The notes beneath the pieces are model-generated. The model saw only the letters and a program-made list of their open reading frames with translations. It was not told the origin of the DNA and searched no databases. From an uncultured Pseudomonadales bacterium (lineage in GTDB: Bacteria > Patescibacteriota > Microgenomatia > UBA1400 > PJMF01), in the NCBI GenBank assembly GCA_964418385.1, contig CAYQLH010000002.1:1-52173 (forward strand): DNA of 52,173 bases, given 5' to 3'. Positions 14,368 to 23,169 of the stretch are shown here, in pieces (the first letter of the stretch is position 1; each line of letters begins with the position of its first letter). The position numbers and the translations under genes were made by a program.

Positions 14368-16236
14368 ATGGCAGAGGTGAATTCTCAGACAAACAATCAA
14401 GTTGTTTCCGGTCAGGCGGTATCAGTGACGCCGGTAACTTCGGCAGTTTCGACAGTTCCAGCAACTTCATCGACTCCAGCAACTCAAGTGTCACCAGTGG
14501 TGCCGAAAGTGGGTGCGGCGGTGCAACCACAAGCGCAAGTTCAATCGCAATCGCAGGCTCAGAGTACAGTACCGGCGGGTGTGCAACCACTGGCGGTGAA
14601 AATGCCGGTTTTTCAAGCTTCTGCAGCTGGGGGAATGGTGGCAACACTACGTCCTGGTCAGACGACTTTTGAAGGACAAATCCGAGCAGAAAGTGATCGT
14701 CGTAGTGGACACGCCGATGTGAACGTGAGTCAATTGGGTGAAAAACGAGAACAACCAGCGGAAGTGGCAGCGGTAAAGTTGCAGCAGTCAGCAGACGCTA
14801 GTTATTTGGGGGTGCAAAGTAAACCTAAAGTGGTGGCTAAGCCGCAGGAAGCGCCAAAGTCGGTGCGTAATTTTAAGGTCGGTGCAGAAAAAGAGGAAAG
14901 AAAACCGATTAACTGGGTGTTGATTTTGGTGGTAGCTGGATTGGCGGTAATTTTGGCTTTAGTGGCGTTTTTGTATTTGCGTCAGCGCAAAGAAGAAGCG
15001 CCTGCACCAGAGCCGAAAACTGAAGACAGCGTGATTTTGAATTATTGGGGGTTGTGGGAACCAACAGCGACGTTTACCAAGGTTTTGTCTGATTTTTCGC
15101 AAGAAAATCCTGGCGTAAGCGTGATTTATGAAAAACAAAACATTAATGGCTATCGTGAGCGTTTGGAAGAAGCGATCAAAACAGCAAATGGGCCGGATGT
15201 GTTCCGTTATCATGCTTCGTGGCGGGGAATGCTAGAACCGAATCTTTCGGTGATGCCATCTGATTTAATGTCGACTAGTGAGTATGCCAACACTTTTTAT
15301 CCGGTAGCGAACGAGCAATTGACCAATGAGTACGGGCGAATTCAAGGGATGCCGTTGATGTATGACAGCTTGGCAATTATCTATAATAAAGAGATTTTTG
15401 ATAGTGCTGGTTTGAAAGTGCCGGAGACATGGCTAGAATTTGGTCAGACGGCAACGGCGTTGACGATTAAAGAAGATGATTACATTGTGCAGTCGGGAGC
15501 GGCGTTTGGTTTGGGATCGAATGTGGATTTTGCCTCGGATATTGTAATGCTTTTGGCATTACAAAATGGCATGGATCCGAAAGCGTATAGCGAGGACCAG
15601 TTGCGGGCAGCATTGGAGTACTACACTGGCTTTTACACAGATGAAACAAGAAGAGTGTGGGATTTGACGTTTGATAATTCCACGTTGGAGTTTGCGCGAG
15701 GTAACGTGGCAATGATTATTGGGCCATCGTGGTTGATTCACGATATTACGAAGATTAATCCAACGCTACAGGTCGGCGTGGCGTCGATACCGCAATTGGA
15801 TCAGGAAAGACCGGTAGAATGGGCGTCATATTACGCCGAGGGCGTGAATGCGAATGCGTCAGAACAACAACAGTTGGCGGCATGGCGACTTTTGGAATAC
15901 TTGAGTCGACCGTCTGTATTGGAAGCGTTGTATTTGGAGCAAGCAGAATTGCGGCGCTTTGGTGAGATCTATCCACGACGCGACATGGCAGATTTGCTGG
16001 CGGCTGATGAAATGGCACAACCTTATCTGGCTGGTGCAGAAAATGCGACTAATTTGCCTCTTAACGATAAGACTTTTGACGAGGCGGTTAACGACGAGGC
16101 GCGAGCGAAGCTGCTGACGGAGATTTACGCTTTGACTGGCGAAAAGGAAGTTCGTGGCGGTGAGCTTGTGGGTCGCGCAATTCGAACAGCCTTGTATCAA
16201 TACGGTTACGCTGATAATCCGGAGAATGATGAATAA
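14368..16236 (+). CDS. ABC-transporter extracellular solute-binding protein (family 1, sugar type), TM-anchored, with Q/A/V/P-rich N-terminal region
   Basis: TM segment is INWVLILVVAGLAVILALVAFLYL. The SBP_bac_1-like body reads VILNYWGLWEP...GPDVFRYHASW...GFYTDE...NVAMIIGPSWL. TATAAT 14354-14359 lies 8 nt before the ATG. No permease or ATPase genes are nearby. Confidence 0.75.
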   Translation: MAEVNSQTNNQVVSGQAVSVTPVTSAVSTVPATSSTPATQVSPVVPKVGAAVQPQAQVQSQSQAQSTVPAGVQPLAVKMPVFQASAAGGMVATLRPGQTTFEGQIRAESDRRSGHADVNVSQLGEKREQPAEVAAVKLQQSADASYLGVQSKPKVVAKPQEAPKSVRNFKVGAEKEERKPINWVLILVVAGLAVILALVAFLYLRQRKEEAPAPEPKTEDSVILNYWGLWEPTATFTKVLSDFSQENPGVSVIYEKQNINGYRERLEEAIKTANGPDVFRYHASWRGMLEPNLSVMPSDLMSTSEYANTFYPVANEQLTNEYGRIQGMPLMYDSLAIIYNKEIFDSAGLKVPETWLEFGQTATALTIKEDDYIVQSGAAFGLGSNVDFASDIVMLLALQNGMDPKAYSEDQLRAALEYYTGFYTDETRRVWDLTFDNSTLEFARGNVAMIIGPSWLIHDITKINPTLQVGVASIPQLDQERPVEWASYYAEGVNANASEQQQLAAWRLLEYLSRPSVLEALYLEQAELRRFGEIYPRRDMADLLAADEMAQPYLAGAENATNLPLNDKTFDEAVNDEARAKLLTEIYALTGEKEVRGGELVGRAIRTALYQYGYADNPENDE

Positions 16237-16819
16237 GAGCTGGCAGGAGAAACTGACCTTGGCGAAAGCGGCGGGTGTGTTTTTGGCAGCTCGAGTTCCT
16301 GCGATCAGAGCAGTTGTTTTGACTGGTTCGGTGGCGTATGGTGATGTAAAAGAAGAGGACGATTTGGATTTTTTGATTATTGTCCAAGCTGGACATGTGT
16401 GGCGGGTACGAGCAGCGACGTATTTTTGGGCTTGGTTTTTGGGGAAGAAACGTCGCGTTAATGACGAGTGCGACAAGTGGTGTTTAAATATGTTTCTTGA
16501 CGAGGAACACCTGGTGATTCCAAAAGAAAAACGGACTGAATTTGCCAGGCTGCAACTTAGGCGTGCCCGGATAATAGTGGATCGTGATGGCGTGTGGGAG
16601 CGCATGAAACGAGAAAATGCTTTTTGGACCGGAGAAAATTTTGAAAAAGACTCGGCGTTGTTGCAACAGACTCACATCGGAAAACGACGATTAAATGCGT
16701 TGGACACTTGGCTTGAATGGTGGGCTTGGCGAATACAATATGCGTATATGTGGAGGAAAATGACACGTGAATATGTGTCGCGATATCAAATTTTTTTCCA
16801 TCCTTTAGCGCGAGAGTGA
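16226..16819 (+). CDS. Nucleotidyltransferase-fold (Pol-beta-like) domain protein
   Basis: LTGSVAYGDVKEEDDLDFLII matches G-S-x(n)-D-x-D of minimal NTases. Start set to ATGATG 16226, which overlaps the SBP stop (ATGATGAATAA), rather than the ORF-track start 16154. Confidence 0.5.
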   Translation: MMNKSWQEKLTLAKAAGVFLAARVPAIRAVVLTGSVAYGDVKEEDDLDFLIIVQAGHVWRVRAATYFWAWFLGKKRRVNDECDKWCLNMFLDEEHLVIPKEKRTEFARLQLRRARIIVDRDGVWERMKRENAFWTGENFEKDSALLQQTHIGKRRLNALDTWLEWWAWRIQYAYMWRKMTREYVSRYQIFFHPLARE

Positions 16820-16867
16820 GAGAAATTGAGATGGTTTTGAGTGGGTTTTTAGGGTATAATAGAGTGT

Positions 16868-17611
16868 ATGAGCGAGACGAAAGTGGCGAGCGCAAAAGCA
16901 AACGAATCTGGCAACATGGGTGTGCCAAAGGTTTTTGTGGACGCGTCTGAAACTTGGCAAACGGAAATGACTGAGATTGCTACCCGGGCGCAGGAGATAG
17001 CGACACAAGTAAAACAGGAAACGATGGCGGCGAAACAGCAAATTTTGGCGCGATTTCAGCCTCGCCAAGGTGAAAGTCAACAGCTGTTTTGGGCGCGAAT
17101 GCGAGCGGTGCAAGCTCATGACGGCAAGGAAACGGTGGGTTTGGTGACGGGTTGTTTTGATATTTTGCATCAGGGGCACATGAATCTTTTTTACCAGGCT
17201 CGAAAGCGTTGCGATCGTTTGATAGTGGCAATAGAAACAGATGAACGCGTCAGGCGAACAAAAGGCAAGAGGAGACCGATTTTTACACAGGAGGAGCGTC
17301 GGCAACGACTGGAGAAGACGTTAAACGATGAGTTGCAAGTGGAAGTTTTGCCGTTAGATTTTGGAGATGAACAGGTGAGGGTTCGGTGGTTGCGAGATCA
17401 CGGAGTGAATTTGTTGTTTACAAATAAACATGATCCTCATTTGGAAAATAAACAAATTTTGATGATGATGGTGGGAGGGCGCGTGGAATTTGTATCGCGT
17501 CAGGTGCAAACATCGACAACGCAACTTTTGGAAGGGCGACGTCAATCACATGACCTGGTGTTTCCTGAGGATGAGGTGGTGATACAAAAGTATCGAAAGC
17601 AGCGTGAGTAA
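16868..17611 (+). CDS. Cytidylyl/adenylyltransferase-family protein (HxGH nucleotidyltransferase, RfaE-domain-II/TagD-like)
   Basis: GLVTGCFDILHQGHMNLFYQARKRCDRLIVAIETDERV contains the (T/H)xGH signature. TATAAT 16855-16860 lies 7 nt before the ATG. Confidence 0.7.
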   Translation: MSETKVASAKANESGNMGVPKVFVDASETWQTEMTEIATRAQEIATQVKQETMAAKQQILARFQPRQGESQQLFWARMRAVQAHDGKETVGLVTGCFDILHQGHMNLFYQARKRCDRLIVAIETDERVRRTKGKRRPIFTQEERRQRLEKTLNDELQVEVLPLDFGDEQVRVRWLRDHGVNLLFTNKHDPHLENKQILMMMVGGRVEFVSRQVQTSTTQLLEGRRQSHDLVFPEDEVVIQKYRKQRE

Positions 17612-19160
17612 ACAAAATAAAGTGAAAACCGTTTTTGTGTGCCAAAATTGCAACCACGAGTATGCAAAGTGGCAAGGACGGTGTGATGAATGTGGTGAAT
17701 GGAATACTTTAGCTGAAGAAATCCCCAAAATAGTTAAAAATAGCACAACTTCGCGAGAAAATATTGATGTATCAAAATTAGTTTTACCGGTTTCTGATTC
17801 GGTAAAAACAGAACTTAAATTTGAACGCCTGGAAACGGGAATAGAAGAATTAGATCGTTGCTTGGGAACAGATGAAAAAGGACAAACAGGCATGGTGCGC
17901 GGGAGCGTGGTTTTGATCGGAGGGGAACCGGGAATCGGAAAATCAACGCTTTTAACACAAGTAGTGCTGAACGCGAGTCGGCAAATCGCAAATAGTTCAA
18001 AGTCTATCAATGCTAAAAAGTATACAAAATCTAATAATAGTATTGATAAATCAGAAAATATTGATTTGAATAATGATAAAACATTGACAGATCGGGTAAA
18101 AGACGTGGTAATGTACATGTGTGGCGAAGAAAGTCCACAGCAAATAAATTTGCGGATTTCACGCTTGCTCACAAAAAGTGAACGAATTGAAGATTTGAAT
18201 TTGCAGTACATAATGAGCACAGATGTGGACGAAGTGATCCAAATAATAGCCGAAGTGCGACCGAAAATGGTGATCGTTGACTCGATACAAATGCTTCGCA
18301 CGAACGATCTTTCGGGTACGGCAGGGAGTCTTGGTCAAGTAAAGGAATGTACCGAAAGATTGACGAAAATCGTGAAAAGTTTCGGGATTCCGACGTTTTT
18401 GGTGGGACATGTAGTTAAGGGGGGTGAAATTGCAGGCCCGAAAACATTAGAACACATGGTGGATGCGATTTTTGAGCTGACGGGCGAGCGTAGCGGCGAT
18501 CTGCGTTTTTTGCGCACGCTCAAAAATCGCTTCGGTGCAACTGACGAAGTGGGAGTTTTCCGGATGTGCGAACGTGGCATGGAAGAGGTGAAAAACCCGA
18601 GCGAGTACTTTTTGCAGACGGCACAAAGCGCGATTCCAGGCAGCGGTGTGGTATGCTTGCTTGAAGGTACGCGCCCGATTTTGACGGAAGTCCAGGCTTT
18701 AGTTTTGCCCAGTCAACTGGCGATGCCCAGGCGCGTGGGACGTGGCGTGGAGCTTTCGCGAGTACAAGTACTGGCGGCGGTTTTGCAGAAGCACTGCGGG
18801 CTACCGCTGGGGATCAGTGATATTTTTTTGAGCGTGGTGGGCGGTATGAGTGTGCGTGAGAGCGGTATTGATCTAGGCCTGGCGGTGGCGATCGCGTCCT
18901 CGATGGCGGAGGCAGCATTGCCAGCAAAATCGGTGTTTGTAGGCGAAGTGGGGCTGATGGGCGAGATCCGGCCGGTGAGTGCCTTTGAGCGGCGTTTAAA
19001 GGAAGTCAAAAGATTGGGTTATGACCAGATATACAGTTTCCAGACGCACAAAAATGTGAAAGATTTACTGAAAGATTTGGGTTTACGGGTCAAGCGCGGG
19101 GCATATCAGCGTGTGGCGCCGGCGGCAAGCGAGACTCAAGGTGAAGCAGCTTTGTTTTGA
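17604..19160 (+). CDS. radA: DNA repair protein RadA/Sms
   Basis: Zn-finger is CQNCNHEYAKWQGRCDECGEWNT, Walker A is GGEPGIGKSTLL, followed by KNRFG and a Lon-protease-like C-domain. GTG start overlaps the upstream gene by 8 nt. An N/K/S-rich insertion follows the P-loop. Confidence 0.95.
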   Translation: MSKQNKVKTVFVCQNCNHEYAKWQGRCDECGEWNTLAEEIPKIVKNSTTSRENIDVSKLVLPVSDSVKTELKFERLETGIEELDRCLGTDEKGQTGMVRGSVVLIGGEPGIGKSTLLTQVVLNASRQIANSSKSINAKKYTKSNNSIDKSENIDLNNDKTLTDRVKDVVMYMCGEESPQQINLRISRLLTKSERIEDLNLQYIMSTDVDEVIQIIAEVRPKMVIVDSIQMLRTNDLSGTAGSLGQVKECTERLTKIVKSFGIPTFLVGHVVKGGEIAGPKTLEHMVDAIFELTGERSGDLRFLRTLKNRFGATDEVGVFRMCERGMEEVKNPSEYFLQTAQSAIPGSGVVCLLEGTRPILTEVQALVLPSQLAMPRRVGRGVELSRVQVLAAVLQKHCGLPLGISDIFLSVVGGMSVRESGIDLGLAVAIASSMAEAALPAKSVFVGEVGLMGEIRPVSAFERRLKEVKRLGYDQIYSFQTHKNVKDLLKDLGLRVKRGAYQRVAPAASETQGEAALF

Positions 19161-19214
19161 GACTCGGGGGCATAAAAAGCGCCCCAGGCGAAGTGCCTGA
19201 GGCGAGTTGTGGTT

Positions 19215-19664
19215 TTAGTTTTCTTCTGGCTCGCCATCCCAAAAAAACTTGATGACGAAACTTTTCGTTTCACCGGGAACGAGCCAGTCGACGACGATGA
19301 CGGCTTGTGGCTCGAACCAGTTACAACCGGCATTGCCGATGGTTTCTTTTACCCAGTGCATCATCTTGGCGGCGTCTTTGCTCCAGTCGACATCACACAT
19401 TTTAAACGTAGTGCTTTTAATCAACTGGAGGTCGAGCTTGCGATTGGCGACGCAGAGCACGCCGGCATCATCCACAAAAACAGGAATTTCGTCGAGGAAA
19501 TCTTGCATAAAAACTTCTGTTGCTTCCTTGACGATTTTCCCCGCTAGGGTTACGACGGCTGGCGCGATTTCCCTGGGCACCTTAACTTCCTGGTGCGAAA
19601 TCGCGTGCTCACAAGCCCAGCGGAATATTAAAGCCCGCTTGAGCGCATCGTTGCTAACACACAT
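19215..19664 (-). CDS. Hypothetical protein (149 aa), no recognised family
   Basis: Clean ORF with normal composition, convergent with radA. No motif recognised. Confidence 0.45.
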   Translation of the reverse strand: MCVSNDALKRALIFRWACEHAISHQEVKVPREIAPAVVTLAGKIVKEATEVFMQDFLDEIPVFVDDAGVLCVANRKLDLQLIKSTTFKMCDVDWSKDAAKMMHWVKETIGNAGCNWFEPQAVIVVDWLVPGETKSFVIKFFWDGEPEEN

Positions 19665-19922
19665 CTTATTATCTCCTCCTTACGTATTAAAGAACCACAA
19701 CTGTGTATAATTATAACATATTATATCGGATTTGTCAAGCTTAGCCTTGAAAAATTATTATAGGCAAATCGTGCGGAAATAGTGAAAATTACCGCAAAAA
19801 AGCGCGGAAATAGTTTTCTAGGCGTAAATTATTGTTGCAGATTTTGCAATAATAGACCGATAAGAATTTATTATTTCTGCAAAAATTGCGGGGAAAACAT
19901 GAGAAACCATTTAAAAAATTAG

Positions 19923-20306
19923 CTAAAATGGAAGAAGGAATATGAGGGAGTAAAAACATGGTAAAGCCAAGATTAATACTTCGCTGATAATATAAAACTT
20001 TATGATTTGAGCGAAAGTGAAGCGCTTTTTCGTAAAATGAGAACGAATTGTAATGACTAGAGTAATGATGGCAACTATGACCCAGCCTATAATATGATAA
20101 TGAACTAGCAGATCTCGAATAATCGTTGAACCTAGACCATTTAGACTGTCGGGAGAAAATAATGTACATTGAATATATCTACAATCTGGTAATTTTGCGA
20201 GGGCAATAAGAACAGTGAGAATTTCGAGAAGGCCAATTATTAGCCAAGTGCGGTATGGATGGATGGCGGGTTTTTGGGAAGTCTGGATGCTTTTGTTTTT
20301 GGGCAT
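19923..20306 (-). CDS. Hypothetical small membrane protein (127 aa, ~3-4 TM), AT-rich
   Basis: Hydrophobic segments are TWLIIGLLEILTVLIALA, IIGWVIVAIITLVITI and IISEVLILALPCFYSLIFLL. Embedded in AT-rich non-coding DNA. Confidence 0.4.
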   Translation of the reverse strand: MPKNKSIQTSQKPAIHPYRTWLIIGLLEILTVLIALAKLPDCRYIQCTLFSPDSLNGLGSTIIRDLLVHYHIIGWVIVAIITLVITIRSHFTKKRFTFAQIIKFYIISEVLILALPCFYSLIFLLPF

Positions 20307-20507
20307 GTGTGTATTGTACGAAAGATGTTCTTTCTTGTTAAGATAATGTATATCAAAGTGTTTAAATAGTGCTACAATCTAGTACCTATTATATCACAAT
20401 ACAGGCTATTTGTCAAGATGGCTAGTAATAAATAGCATTTAAGGTGAATTTTGGTATCAAATGTGGTATAATGAAACATCTTTAAAATCTAGGTGGAGGT
20501 GATAGCG

Positions 20508-20882
20508 ATGAAGCCGTTGGTGAAGGTGTCGTCAGGCCCGTTTTCGCCGTTGAGCGTGGGTTTGCACAAGATCATTCATGGTCCCAGTGCAGAGGAAATC
20601 TCCAGGATTGTGCCGCCAGATCACCAAGTAGAGCTTGAATTTCGCATGGAAAAGCATGCGAGTGGTGGCCCGATGGCGTGGGGTCCAGAGAAATACTGGA
20701 TTTACACCATTGATGCTTGGATGGACGTGGACACACTTAAGTGGCAGGATGATGACTCGAGTGTGCGCCTGACTGGGAATATCATGTGCGAGCAAACGCT
20801 GATACCAGTGATCGTGATGTACAATACGGCCACGCGTTTGGGCGAGATGTGGACAGACGACGACTACGAGCGCGACTACTAG
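20508..20882 (+). CDS. Hypothetical protein (124 aa), acidic C-terminus
   Basis: ATG 20508 is preceded by the strong SD GGAGGTGA, and TGgTATAAT is at 20463-20471. No family recognised. Confidence 0.5.
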   Translation: MKPLVKVSSGPFSPLSVGLHKIIHGPSAEEISRIVPPDHQVELEFRMEKHASGGPMAWGPEKYWIYTIDAWMDVDTLKWQDDDSSVRLTGNIMCEQTLIPVIVMYNTATRLGEMWTDDDYERDY

Positions 20883-20891
20883 GTTTTTTTT

Positions 20892-20918
20892 GCCCCGGGC
20901 GGAAGTCTGGGGCTTTTT
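20892..20918 (+). terminator. Intrinsic terminator after the 124-aa gene; its U-tract overlaps the stop codon of the convergent VirD4-like gene
   Basis: GCCCC (20892-20896), a 12-nt loop, GGGGC (20909-20913), then TTTTT (20914-20918). Confidence 0.5.
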
Positions 20919-23124
20919 ATCCGACTTTTTTGGTGGCGTAGCGCTCGCGGGAAACGCGGATGACTTTTTCGCGGTTGTGATTGCTGCTGGCAGCTGGCGG
21001 CAAGGTGTAGGCAGGGAAGGGGTAGGAAATGATGTTGTCGATAGTGATGCGATTGATAATCTGGTGCTTGTTGAGACCCACAAGATCCTCGGCGGTGTAT
21101 TTGCCGCCATATTCCTTGGAGAAAACCTCGGCGTCTTCAGAGCCCATGACGAAGGAGACGACGGAGCCGCAGTTGCCAAAAATCGCTTTTTGTACTTCTT
21201 CGGGAATCTGGGCGACGTATTGATTGGCGAGGATAAGATTGAGGCGGTATTTACGGGCTTCTGATAGTATTTTATTGAAAGAGGTAGTGGCAAAATTTTG
21301 GAATTCGTCGACGTAGAGGTAAAAATCGCGACGTTCTTCCTCAGGCATGTTGACGCGCCCCATGGCAGCAAGTTGAATTTTGGTGATTAGCATAGCGCCC
21401 AAAAGGGTGGCGTTGTCTTCGCCGAGTTGGCCTTGAGAGAGATTGACAAGGAGGATTTTGCCTTCATCCATGATTTGCTCGATACTAAAACTGCTCCAGT
21501 CTGAGTTGACAACGTTGCGAACGAGCGGGCTCGAGACAAATTGACCGATTTTGTTTAAAATTGGCGCGACGGCCTCATTTTTCATCCGGTCTTGAAGAGG
21601 CTCGAATTCACCAAGCCAAAAATTGCGCAAGACCGGATCGTCGACTTGTTCGAGGACGCGTTTGCGGAATTCTTTATCGGTAAAAAGAGTGATAATATCG
21701 CCCAATTTGGCGTTTTCCATTTGCAGGAGAGTGAGGAGGGCGTTGCGCAAGAAATGCTCGAGTCTGGGGCCCCAGGAGTATTCGTAGAGCTTGTGGAAAA
21801 TGGAAATAATGCCAGAAGCAATGAGCTCGCGGTGCTCGACGTTGCGACCTTCAAAAAGGTTAATTTTGACGGTGCGGTCACCGTCGGCAGGGTTGAAAAA
21901 GACAACGTCGTTGATGCGGCTGGCGGGAATGTAGTCAAGGAGAGTATCGATGGCATCGCCGTGAGGATCAATGAAACAGAGGCCTTCATTGTTGCGCAGA
22001 TCATTGATGGCCATGTTACACAGCATCGTGGATTTACCGGTGCCGGTTTTTCCGATGACATACATATGACGGCGGCGATCGGCGCGGTGAATGCCGTATT
22101 TGCGGGTTTCGTTTTTAAAGACGGTTTCGGCAAAAACGTTGATTTCTTTTTTGATTTCTGGTGGATCTTGTTTGGAGACAGTGGGTAGATTGTCTGGCGG
22201 CTCGCCGAGGAGATTTTTACCCCAGGTGAGGTTGGGAATGGTGGAAAGGGTTTTATTGGGGAAATGATAAAGGCTGGCGAGCTCAAAAATGGAGAGGTGG
22301 AAACTGGAGTGAGCGACGAGGCGACGCTCGAGCATGGCATCGAGGCGGTGGGTGGGTGGGAGAAGCGAGGTGACGCGGCGGAGAGAATTGGAATCTTCTT
22401 TGCGGAAAGCATCGAAAGCGTCTACAATGCCGTCGAGGAAAAGTTTGGCGTTATCGCGGGAGTCAGAAATAACGGCGAGGTTGAGATTGACGCTGAGCGT
22501 TTTGGCGTGAATTTTGGACTCGATGAAAGATTTGGCACCTGGAGCGAGGCTGAGAGTGGAAACTTGACCATCACCGGAGATTTGAGGGGTGGGGCTGAGC
22601 AGGCGTTCACAACTGGATTTCCAGGCGTCGCTAGAGTGACCGATGATAAGCTGGATGACGGCGCGGTCTTGAGGACCGCCTTTGGAAAGGTGAGAAAGTA
22701 AGGGTGAGAGCGAGTCGGCATCACCAAATTCACGATAATCTTTAAGCGGGTAGCAATCGCCGTTTTGCAGGGTGAGGGCGGCACTATCGAGGACAAGCTG
22801 GTCTGATTTATAATTTGGTTGCGCCTGAGGGTGGAAGTAAAGTAGATAATCAGCAGTACGGACAGGTTTGATGACCGCTTCAGGAAATTGAGCACCGATA
22901 GCACTTTTGAGGTATTCGATCAAACGATCTGGTACGTAAAGATAAAAGCTGATGTTTTGGTGTTCAAGTGCGATTTCACAAGAGAGGGTTTCGTTTTTGT
23001 GGATCAGCTTGTTCCAGAAATCATCGTGAAAAGAGGGGATGGTGGAAAAGAATTCCATCATGGCATCGGCGTTTTTGAGACTGTCACGGCCAGTATTGAT
23101 CTCAAGCAAGGAATGGTTTTGCAT
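20917..23124 (-). CDS. virD4: VirD4/TraG/TraD-type type IV coupling-protein-like P-loop ATPase (FtsK/HerA superfamily) lacking N-terminal TM segments
   Basis: Walker A is MYVIGKTGTGKSTML, followed by CFIDPHGDAID, Walker B FYLYVDEFQNF, and ARKYRLNLILANQYVAQI. The N-terminal ~330 aa are soluble. ATG 23124 lies 10 nt after TATAAT (plus-strand ATTATA, 23135-23140); the alternative start is GTG 23130. Confidence 0.8.
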   Translation of the reverse strand: MQNHSLLEINTGRDSLKNADAMMEFFSTIPSFHDDFWNKLIHKNETLSCEIALEHQNISFYLYVPDRLIEYLKSAIGAQFPEAVIKPVRTADYLLYFHPQAQPNYKSDQLVLDSAALTLQNGDCYPLKDYREFGDADSLSPLLSHLSKGGPQDRAVIQLIIGHSSDAWKSSCERLLSPTPQISGDGQVSTLSLAPGAKSFIESKIHAKTLSVNLNLAVISDSRDNAKLFLDGIVDAFDAFRKEDSNSLRRVTSLLPPTHRLDAMLERRLVAHSSFHLSIFELASLYHFPNKTLSTIPNLTWGKNLLGEPPDNLPTVSKQDPPEIKKEINVFAETVFKNETRKYGIHRADRRRHMYVIGKTGTGKSTMLCNMAINDLRNNEGLCFIDPHGDAIDTLLDYIPASRINDVVFFNPADGDRTVKINLFEGRNVEHRELIASGIISIFHKLYEYSWGPRLEHFLRNALLTLLQMENAKLGDIITLFTDKEFRKRVLEQVDDPVLRNFWLGEFEPLQDRMKNEAVAPILNKIGQFVSSPLVRNVVNSDWSSFSIEQIMDEGKILLVNLSQGQLGEDNATLLGAMLITKIQLAAMGRVNMPEEERRDFYLYVDEFQNFATTSFNKILSEARKYRLNLILANQYVAQIPEEVQKAIFGNCGSVVSFVMGSEDAEVFSKEYGGKYTAEDLVGLNKHQIINRITIDNIISYPFPAYTLPPAASSNHNREKVIRVSRERYATKKVG

Positions 23125-23169
23125 AAACACTGGTATTATAACATAGTTTCAGGCAGAAACCGGTCGACA

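Noticed and set aside
16154-16225. ORF-track start 16154 for the nucleotidyltransferase gene, which overlaps the SBP gene by 83 nt
   Set aside because: The N-terminal 24 residues lie entirely inside the SBP coding region. The ATGATG at 16226, overlapping the SBP stop codon, gives a typical coupled start.
19740-19900. Shared short motifs between AT-rich spacers at 19740-19900, 43600-43700 and 44440-44480 (TGCAAAAATTGCG, AATAGACC, GCGGAAATA, GCGTAAAT)
   Set aside because: The longest exact match is 13 nt, and the blocks are not colinear. In a 52-kb window, tens of 13-mer matches are expected by chance, more so in AT-rich DNA. This is not enough to call a repeat family.
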